Below, one piece after another: positions 19,034 through 26,544 of a DNA stretch of 26,544 bases. The DNA lies in the NCBI GenBank assembly GCA_963843375.1, contig CAWJKT010000024.1, positions 1 through 26,544 on the forward strand, in the 5' to 3' direction. Under the pieces are notes generated by a model. The model had not been told where the DNA came from, did no database searches, and was given only the letters and a program-made list of their open reading frames with translations. This stretch comes from an uncultured Pseudomonadota bacterium. Lineage in GTDB: Bacteria > Oederibacteriota > Muellerivitia > Muellerivitales > Muellerivitaceae. Position 1 is the stretch's first letter; every line of letters begins with the position of its first letter. Position numbers and translations under genes: made by a program.

Positions 19034-20169
19034 ATGGAGCGCCCTTATATGAAAGCCGCCATTAAAGCTTATTTCAAGTCAATGGATTGGATCCTCATTA
19101 CCGAAGTTTTCGCCCTGTCGGTCATCGGTTTTTTCATTGTTCTTTCCGCCACCTACCACAACGCCGATATCTCCCAATTGTGGAAAAAACAATTATTCTG
19201 GTTTTCCATTTCCATGTTTGGGATGTGGCTTTTCTCGAAAGTGGATTACCGGTTTTGGATCGAAGCTTCTTATATATTTTATTGGATTGCCATTGTTTCG
19301 CTTTTGGCTGTGTTCGTGATTGGCGACGAAACCAACGGGGCGAAACGCTGGATCAAGCTGGGCATCCTTTCCTATCAGCCCTCCGAACTGGCCAAACTTT
19401 CCATTCTTTTGGTCTTGGCCCGATACATCGGAAGTAAAACAGTGGAGTTGTTTTACCTCGGACAAGCTTTTTTTCCTCCTGGCCATGTTGGGTATTCCTC
19501 TCATCCTCATCCTGAAGCAACCGGACTTGGGGTCGGCCCTTCTGCTGGTGCCGGTCTCCTTGATTTTGATGTACGTGGGAGGCATCCAGTTTAAGTGGCT
19601 GATGTGGATGTTCATCATCGGGGCCTCTTCCTGCCCTCTCATTTGGCATTTCTTGAAGGATTACCAGCGGGAAAGGTTGGAGGTTTTCGTCAACCCGCAG
19701 GATGATCCCCTGGGCGCGGGATACAACATCATCCAATCGGTGATCGCCATCGGTTCCGGGGGCATTACGGGGAAGGGCTATATGCAAGGCACCCAGACCC
19801 AGCTTTCCTTCATCCCCGAGCATCATACGGATTTCATTTTTTCGGTCGTGGGCGAGGAATGGGGGTTCGTGGGATGCGTGGTGGTTTTGGGGCTTTATTA
19901 CCTCATGATCCAGAAAACGTTCGAGATCGCCCGCAAGGCCCGGGACCGGGAAGGGTCCCTTTTGGCCCTGGGGATCGCCAGCATGTTCGCGGTGCAGATC
20001 GTCATCAACGTGGGCATGACCGTGGGGCTTTTGCCCGTGACGGGCCTCACCCTTCCTTTCATCAGTTATGGGGGGTCGTCCCTTGGTCTTCAGCTATGCG
20101 GCGGTAGGGATGCTTTTGAATGTCTCCTACGCCACCCGCAGGCCGGTTTTGGTGAGCGGCAGAGGATAA
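19034..20169 (+). CDS. rodA: Rod shape-determining protein RodA (SEDS); extra bases near 19452 and 20080
   Basis: GAKRWI, QPSELAK, KQPDLGSA, YQRERL, GYNIIQSVIAIGSGG, PEHHTDFIF, GLLPVTGLTLPFISYGGSS. The corrected frame continues LVFSYAAVGMLLNV to TAA at 20167-20169. GGAG precedes the ATG at 19034. Confidence 0.94.
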
Positions 20170-20237
20170 GTTAGTTCAACAATACACGGCGAACACATCA
20201 GGCTTTTTCCTGATTTTTCAATAAAAAGGCCCTCTTT

Positions 20238-20246
20238 TGCTATACT
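20238..20246 (+). promoter_or_regulatory. Extended -10 element TGcTATACT
   Basis: Near-consensus element in the AT-rich intergenic region, about 24 nt upstream of the ATG at 20270. Confidence 0.5.
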
Positions 20247-20269
20247 CGTTCAAATTTTCGGGGGCTTTG

Positions 20270-20703
20270 ATGGAATCCACGACCAAAAAATTGACCTGGA
20301 AGACCGGCCTTCTATTTTCGCCCTTTCATGGTTATTCACATTTGTTGCGGTCTATACACTCCGCCAGGTTTTGATTCCCCGTGACGAACTGGATTGCTAT
20401 GCCCGGGTGATTACCCTCCAAAAGGCCGTCAACCAATGGAACCAGACCCATCTGGATAAGCCGGTGACCGAAGAGATCGACGAGAACGCCTTGGTCCAAG
20501 CGGGTTTTCTTCAACCCCTTACCTATGACCATGAAAAGCATTATTACTTTGTTGGCGAAACGGCCCATGGTTTAAAGGTGAAGTGCAATAAGCATGAGGA
20601 TAATCCCGTGGTCTTGAAACTGACAGGGGATACTCTTCTGGCGGTGTTGGTGTTTTTTGTTTTTTGTTCGATGCGGAAATATGTTTTGTTCGATCCCGGC
20701 TGA
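20270..20703 (+). CDS. Hypothetical small membrane protein (apparent indels in the 5' part)
   Basis: ATG at 20270 gives MESTTKKLTWKTGLLF; a hydrophobic FMVIHICCGLY segment lies in a neighbouring frame; ORF 20371..20703 has a C-terminal TM helix. Homopolymer indels are needed to join them. Confidence 0.5.
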
Positions 20704-20735
20704 AAAATTCGTTCATTCCATAATCGGAGTAAAAA

Positions 20736-21665
20736 ATGTCTGAAGTTATTATCGTTGGTTCAGTCGCCTACGACGGCCTTAAGACACCCTATGGTTCCGC
20801 CGAAAGGGTTTTGGGCGGAGCGGCTACCTATTCCAGCCTGGCGGCCTCGCTTTTCGCTCCCGTGCGGATGGTGGGCGTGGTGGGGGATGATTTCAAGGAA
20901 TTCCGAATTGACGATGTTGAAACGTCACGGCATCAATACGGACCTGGTTACCCGGGAAAAGGGAAAGACCTTTTATTGGAAGGGTTATTACGAGAACGAC
21001 ATGGCGGTTGCCCATACGGTTAAGATTGATTTAGGGGTTTTCGACCGCTTTGATCCCCATATAACAGGCCAGGCCCGTAATATCCCTTTTGTTTTCTTGG
21101 CGGCGATCCATCCTGATTTGCAGATGAAGGTATTGCAGCAAATGATAAAGCCGAAGTTCGTGGTGTTGGATACCCGGGACCTTTGGATCAATATCACCAA
21201 ACCGGCCCTTTTGAAGGTTTTAAAGAAAACGGATTTAGTCGTGGTCAATGACCAGGAAATTCGGCTTCTAACGGGTGAAATGCACTTGATGAAGGGCGCC
21301 CGCGCCTTGCAAAAGATGGGACCCAAGACGGTCATAGTGAAAAAAGGGGAACATGGCGCCATGCTTTTTGGGCAGGGTGGACCTTTCTTTCCCCAGCCGT
21401 GCCGCTGGATTACGTGGTGGACCCGACGGGAGCGGGGGATACTTTCGCCGGTGCTTTTATCGGTTATGTGGCAAGGGCAGGGAAACTAACCCCGGAGATC
21501 CTGAAACAAGCCGTCATAGCCGGAAATTTGGTGGCTTCCTTCACGGTTCAGGGATTTGGAACTAAAACTATTGCCGGATTGAACAAGGCTAAGTTGAAAA
21601 AGCGAGTCAGTGGAATATCACCGTTTCGCCAGTATTCCAAAAGTCAAAATTTAATCATCTGCTGA
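20736..21665 (+). CDS. PfkB family carbohydrate/nucleoside kinase; indels near 20898, 21391 and possibly 21610
   Basis: IVGSVAYD, LGGAATY, VGVVGDDF, VNDQE, VKKGEHGA and the PfkB signature DPTGAGDTFAGAF. The true stop may be 21654. Confidence 0.9.
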
Positions 21666-21689
21666 AACATTAGCTAGAAAGGAGTTAAA

Positions 21690-22871
21690 ATGGCCCTTCA
21701 AACCGAAGCCAATCTAATTAAAAAATTTCCACCCTATCTTTTCGCCCGATTGAACGCCGAAAAACTGGCGGCGCGTCATAAAGGCGAGGATGTCATTGAT
21801 TTCGGTATGGGGAATCCCGACAACCCCACTCCCCAGCCCGTTGTGGACAAATTGATCGAGGTGGTGCGCGACAAGAAATCCCACCGCTATTCGACCTCCA
21901 AGGGAATACCCGCTTTTTTAAAGGCGGTTTCCCGGTGGTACGACCGTAAATATGGGGTTTCCATCAATCCCTATACCGAGGCCGTTTCGGTCATCGGTTC
22001 CAAGGAAGGGTTGGCCCATTTGGGCCTAGCCGTCATCAATCGAGGCGATAAAGTTTTAACCCCCACCCCCACATACCCTATCCACCATTACAGCGTGATT
22101 ATCGCGGGCGGGGAACTTGTGCCGATTTCCATACTCAATGGCCCGGAAGCTTTTTTGAGGAACCTGGCCAAGGCTTATTCCAAATCTCGGCCTAAACCCA
22201 AGATTCTTATCATCAATTTCCCCCATAACCCCACCACGGTGAGCGTGGAAGCTGAGTTCTTTAAAGAAATCGTCAAGTGGGCCAAGAAAAACCAAGTGTT
22301 GGTGGTGCATGACCTGGCTTATGCCGACATCGTGTTTGACGGATACAAATCCCCCAGTTTTCTGGCCACACCTGGAGCCAAGGATATTGGGGTGGAAGCT
22401 TTTACCCTTTCCAAGTCCTATAACATGGCGGGATGGCGGGTGGGGTTTATAGCTGGGAATCCGAAAGTTATTGCTTCTTTAGCGAAAATCAAGAGCTACA
22501 TGGATTACGGCATCTTCACGCCTATCCAGGTGGCGGCCATTACGGCTCTGGATAGCCCTGAGGAGAATTTAAGAAAACTGGCGGCCATTTACCAGGAACG
22601 CCGGGACATTATGGCGGATGGAATGAACAAGATGGGGTGGCCCGTTGAAAAACCCAGGGCCGCCATGTACCTTTGGGCCAAGATACCCCAACGCTACGCC
22701 AAAATGAGTTCTTTGGATTTCTCCATGATGTTATTGAAGGAGGCTGCTGTCGCCATTTCCCCCGGTTCCGGTTTTGGAAAGTTGGGTGAAGGATACGTTC
22801 GCATGGCACTGGTGGAGAACAAGGACCGCATCCGTCAGGCTTTGAGGAACATGAAGAAGCTGTTTTCTTAA
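21690..22871 (+). CDS. PLP-dependent class I/II aminotransferase (AlaC / LL-DAP aminotransferase-like)
   Basis: PPYLFA, DFGMGNPD, GSKEGLAH, NFPHNPT, HDLAY, TLSKSYNMAGWRVG, SYMDYGIFTPIQ. Confidence 0.9.
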   Translation: MALQTEANLIKKFPPYLFARLNAEKLAARHKGEDVIDFGMGNPDNPTPQPVVDKLIEVVRDKKSHRYSTSKGIPAFLKAVSRWYDRKYGVSINPYTEAVSVIGSKEGLAHLGLAVINRGDKVLTPTPTYPIHHYSVIIAGGELVPISILNGPEAFLRNLAKAYSKSRPKPKILIINFPHNPTTVSVEAEFFKEIVKWAKKNQVLVVHDLAYADIVFDGYKSPSFLATPGAKDIGVEAFTLSKSYNMAGWRVGFIAGNPKVIASLAKIKSYMDYGIFTPIQVAAITALDSPEENLRKLAAIYQERRDIMADGMNKMGWPVEKPRAAMYLWAKIPQRYAKMSSLDFSMMLLKEAAVAISPGSGFGKLGEGYVRMALVENKDRIRQALRNMKKLFS

Positions 22872-22890
22872 ATTTTAAGCGAGGAAAATA

Positions 22891-24054
22891 ATGGATATTG
22901 CAGAACGCATGAAAAAAATTGCTCCCTCAATGACTTTGGCCATCGATGCGAAGGCCAAGAAATTGAAGGAAGAGGGAGTGGATGTTCTTAATTTTGGCGC
23001 CGGGGAACCGGACTTCAACACGCCACAGGTCATATGTGACGCGGCTAAGAAGGCTATCGACGAAGGGCATCATAAATACACGCCGGTTCCAGGCACTTTG
23101 GAACTGCGCAAGGCTATTGGCCAATACTTGGACAGGGAATATAAGGTTAAATATGAACCCGGTGAAATCGTTGTTTCCTGTGGGGCCAAACATTCCCTCT
23201 ATAACATCTTCATGGCGATCATCAACCCCGGCGACGAGGTTTTGATCCCTTCGCCTTATTGGGTCAGCTATCCTGAGCAAATTAAACTCGCGGGTGGCGT
23301 CCCAGTTTTCGTGGAATGTTCTGAAGCCGACGAATTCAAACTGACCCCGGAGGCCCTTAAATCCAAGATCACCCCGAAAACAAAAGCCCTTATTCTAAAT
23401 TCTCCCAGCAATCCTACGGGCGCAGTGGTGGGCCGAAAGGCTATGGAAGGAATCGCTGAGCTTGCCCTAAAGCATAAATTTACCGTAGTTTCCGATGAAA
23501 TCTATGCGAAATTGGTTTATGGCGAAGAACATGTTTGCTTCCCCTCTTTGTCCAAGGAAGTGGCGGCCCAAACCCTTTTGGTCAATGGAATGTCCAAGGC
23601 CTATGCGATGACGGGCTGGCGACTGGGATACGCGGCAGGGCCCGCCAATGTGATGAAAGCGATTGCTGATTTACAAGGGCAATCCACCTCAAATGCCACC
23701 GCCATTGTTCAAAAGGCCGGAGTCGCGGCTTTGGCCATGCCGGATTCCGAAATTCAAAAAATGGTTGAAGTTTTCCGCAAAAGGCGGGACATGATCGTGG
23801 AAGGCTTAAATGCCATCCCGGGCGTGAAATGTTTAAAACCAGCGGGCGCCTTCTATGTGTTTCCCAATATGAAGGGACTCCTCAAGGCGGGGCGCTCTAA
23901 TTCCCTTGAGCTTTCCGAGTATCTTCTAGACAAGGCCAAAGTGGCCCTGACTCCTGGCATCGCTTTTGGCGCAGAAGGTTACATGCGGATGTCTTACGCC
24001 ACCAGCGAGAAGGTTATTCTGGAAGGGTTGAAGCGCATCAAAGAAGCGGTTTAA
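22891..24054 (+). CDS. Aspartate aminotransferase family (class I, AspC/AspB-like)
   Basis: GAGEPDF, GAKHSLYN, PYWVSYPEQ, LNSPSNPTG, SDEIY, NGMSKAYAMTGWRLG, GAFY, RMSYA. Confidence 0.92.
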   Translation: MDIAERMKKIAPSMTLAIDAKAKKLKEEGVDVLNFGAGEPDFNTPQVICDAAKKAIDEGHHKYTPVPGTLELRKAIGQYLDREYKVKYEPGEIVVSCGAKHSLYNIFMAIINPGDEVLIPSPYWVSYPEQIKLAGGVPVFVECSEADEFKLTPEALKSKITPKTKALILNSPSNPTGAVVGRKAMEGIAELALKHKFTVVSDEIYAKLVYGEEHVCFPSLSKEVAAQTLLVNGMSKAYAMTGWRLGYAAGPANVMKAIADLQGQSTSNATAIVQKAGVAALAMPDSEIQKMVEVFRKRRDMIVEGLNAIPGVKCLKPAGAFYVFPNMKGLLKAGRSNSLELSEYLLDKAKVALTPGIAFGAEGYMRMSYATSEKVILEGLKRIKEAV

Positions 24055-24077
24055 AGGGCTTCTTGCCGGGCTTTTCC

Positions 24078-24106
24078 TTGAATTGACCTTTGTTTTCTTA
24101 TAATCT
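24078..24106 (+). promoter_or_regulatory. Putative sigma70 promoter for hom-thrC
   Basis: TTGAAT (24078-24083) with TATAAT (24099-24104, 15-nt spacer) or the overlapping TAATCT (24101-24106, 17-nt spacer). Confidence 0.5.
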
Positions 24107-24123
24107 ATGTCTCCTTTTTCAAC

Positions 24124-24165
24124 AAACGCCCCGGCTTATGGCAAGCACGGGGCGTTTTGCTATTT
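24124..24165 (+). terminator. Strong GC-rich hairpin between the aminotransferase gene and hom (terminator or attenuator)
   Basis: AAACGCCCCG/CGGGGCGTTT 10-bp stem plus an inner GCTT/AAGC stem, followed by TGCTATTT. Confidence 0.6.
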
Positions 24166-24184
24166 AAGGTCATGGGAGAGAGTT

Positions 24185-25507
24185 ATGGCTGAAGGCAAAT
24201 CCGTCATTCAAATGGGCATGATCGGTTTCGGGAACGTGGGGCAGGGTGTTTACCGCCTGTTGGAAAAAAACCGAACCCTCATCGAGGCCAAAATTGGCGC
24301 ACAATTACGTATTAAGAAAATCGTCGTCAAGGATTTGACCAAACAACGTGAGGTGACCGTGCCAGAAGGCATGCTCACGACGAATTACGACGAAATCCTC
24401 ACTGACCCCGAAATCGATGTTGTACTGGAATTGATGGGGGGCTACGAACCGGCCCGGTCCTATCTTTTGGAGGCCATGGGCAGGGGCAAGCACATTGTGA
24501 CCGCCAACAAAGCGGTTCTTTCCGTTCATTGGGACGAGATCATCCAGACTGCCCGCCAGCATAAGGTGGACATTTATTTCGAGGCGGCGGTTTGCGGCGG
24601 CATCCCGGTCATCCAGGCCATCAACGACGGATTGGCGCCAAATAATATCACGTCCATTTATGGCATCGTTAACGGCACCACCAATTTCATCCTTCAGAAG
24701 ATGACCGAGGAAAAGAAATCCTTTAAAGAAGCCTTGCAAATGGCCCAAAAAAAAGGATTGGCCGAGGCGGACCCGACGCTGGATATCAACGGGATGGACG
24801 CGGCCCATAAACTCGCCATTCTGGCTTCGCTTGCTTTTTCCAAGAGGGTTAAAGTCGAAGACATTTATGTCGAAGGGATCGAACGGATCACCCTCCAAGA
24901 TATCGAGTTCGCCAAGGAAGAATTCGGGCGGGTGGTGAAACTCTTTGCCATCGCCGAAGTGGAAGGGGACGAGTTGGAAGTGCGCGTCAACCCAACGCTC
25001 ATTCCCGAGGATCATCTTTTAGCCAAGGTCGACGGCGAATACAACGGTGTTTTAGTCACCGGTGATTTCGTGGGAACTACCATGTATTACGGCCTGGGCG
25101 CGGGAAACAAACCCACTGCCTCGGCGGTCATGAGCGACTTGATTTACGTCTGTCGAAGCGTTCACGATAACGTGGCCGGCGAGATTTCCAACTGCTGGTT
25201 TCTTTCGGATAATCCACAAATCAAACGGATCAAGAAAATGGGAGATATCAAATCCCGTTATTACCTGAAGTTTTCCGTTTTAGACCAAGCGGGGGTCCTT
25301 TCGGCCATTTCCAGGATCCTGGGGGAGCACCAGATATCGATTGCATCGGTCATCCAGAAAGAACAAAAGAAGGGCGACAAAGTGCCGGTTGTCATCGTGA
25401 CTTACGAAGCGGTGGAGAAGAACGTGCAAGATGCCTTAAAGAAGATCAATGGCCTTCCTTTTATTCAGGAAGAAACCCTCCTCATCCGAATGGATCGGGG
25501 AGAATAA
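24185..25507 (+). CDS. hom: Homoserine dehydrogenase with C-terminal ACT domain
   Basis: [67 protein letters not shown] domain [17 protein letters not shown] at 24185 follows GGGAGAG. Confidence 0.97.
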   Translation: MAEGKSVIQMGMIGFGNVGQGVYRLLEKNRTLIEAKIGAQLRIKKIVVKDLTKQREVTVPEGMLTTNYDEILTDPEIDVVLELMGGYEPARSYLLEAMGRGKHIVTANKAVLSVHWDEIIQTARQHKVDIYFEAAVCGGIPVIQAINDGLAPNNITSIYGIVNGTTNFILQKMTEEKKSFKEALQMAQKKGLAEADPTLDINGMDAAHKLAILASLAFSKRVKVEDIYVEGIERITLQDIEFAKEEFGRVVKLFAIAEVEGDELEVRVNPTLIPEDHLLAKVDGEYNGVLVTGDFVGTTMYYGLGAGNKPTASAVMSDLIYVCRSVHDNVAGEISNCWFLSDNPQIKRIKKMGDIKSRYYLKFSVLDQAGVLSAISRILGEHQISIASVIQKEQKKGDKVPVVIVTYEAVEKNVQDALKKINGLPFIQEETLLIRMDRGE

Positions 25508-25508
25508 T

Positions 25509-26544
25509 ATGGCCTATTGGAAAGGCGTTATCGAAGAATACCGTTCCTATTTGCCGGTCACGGAAAAAACGCCTGTCATCACCTTGAAAGAGGGCGATAC
25601 CCCGCTAATTCCCGCCAAAAATATATCTAAAAAACTCGGGAACGGCATTGATATCTATTTGAAATTCGAAGGGTTAAATCCCACGGGTTCCTTTAAGGAC
25701 CGGGGGATGACCATGGCCATGTCCAAGGCGGTCGAGGAAGGCGCCAAGGCCGTCATCTGCGCTTCCACCGGAAATACTTCGGCTGCGGCTGCGGCATATT
25801 CCGCCCATGCTGGAATTTCCTGTGCGGTTCTCCTGCCCCACGGTTCCATTGCTTTGGGAAAACTGGCTCAGTCCATGATTTACGGTGCCAAGGTTTTGGC
25901 CGTTGAGGGAAGTTTTGATCAGGCTTTAAAATTGACCCGAGAATTGGCCGAATAGATATCCCATTACCATGGTCAATTCCAACAATCCCTACCGTTTGGA
26001 GGGTCAAAAAACCGCAGCCTTTGAAATCGTGGATACCATTGGAGACGCACCCGAATACCATGCCATCCCCGTGGGCAATGCGGGCAATATTACCGCTTAT
26101 TGGAAGGGTTATAAGGAATATAAGCAGAAGGGCCTTGCCACCCAACTGCCCCGTATGTGCGGGTTTCAGGCTGCGGGTTCCGCTCCAATTGTCGAACAAC
26201 GAGTGATCGAGAATCCCCATACCATCGCCACCGCTATCAAGATCGGGAATCCCTTTTCTTGGAAGGCCGCCGAGGCAGCTCGGAACGAGTCCCGTGGTTT
26301 AATTGAGGCGGTAACGGACGAGGAAATCTTATTGGCTTACGAGATGTTGGCGTCGATGGAAGGTATCTTCTGTGAACCGGCTTCCGCCGCCTCTTTGGCG
26401 GGGGTTATCAAGAAAAACAAAGAAGCCTATTTCGTCGACGGCCAAAAAAGAATTGTCTGCACCTTGACCGGCCACGGCTTAAAGGACCCTGATACGGCGA
26501 TTTTGAGAAGTAATAAACCGACCGTCATCAAGCCGGACATGGGC
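25509..26544 (+). CDS. thrC: Threonine synthase, 3'-truncated by window edge; one extra base near 25950
   Basis: [31 protein letters not shown]. The shifted frame continues [51 protein letters not shown]. Confidence 0.96.

Noticed and set aside
25945..25960. TAG read-through or pyrrolysine in thrC
   Set aside because: The protein continues in a different frame, so this is an indel rather than stop recoding.
12293..26544. Right half as a horizontally acquired island in the actinobacterium
   Set aside because: It consists mainly of housekeeping genes, starts in the middle of mreC and has no mobility genes; a chimera is more parsimonious.

Overview
The window looks like two unrelated bacterial DNA segments joined at about 12290. 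Left segment (1 to ~12290, high GC, roughly 65% by eye, Actinomycetota-like and probably Acidimicrobiia): a MacAB/YknXYZ-like ABC operon (adaptor, ATPase, permease) followed by a DUF5666-like lipoprotein and a secreted protein with three Ig-like repeats and six YWLVASDGG repeats; a Gfo/Idh/MocA oxidoreductase on the minus strand; rpsL-rpsG-fusA-tuf-rpsJ; and a DinB/DUF664-like gene. Right segment (~12293 to end, about 45-50% GC by eye, a diderm bacterium): a 5'-truncated mreC, then a four-gene insert (STAS anti-anti-sigma, exported FecR-domain protein, outer-membrane beta-barrel, lipoprotein with a possible HmuY-like C-terminal domain) that splits mreC from mreD-mrdA-rodA. After that come a small membrane protein, a PfkB kinase, two class I/II aminotransferases, hom and thrC (3'-truncated). 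About a dozen single-base indels, including in rpsG, rodA and thrC, are best explained as sequencing errors. The best candidates for undescribed systems are the STAS/FecR/barrel/lipoprotein module inside the mre operon and the ABC/DUF5666/Ig-propeller operon. All family calls are from motif recognition; no searches were run.
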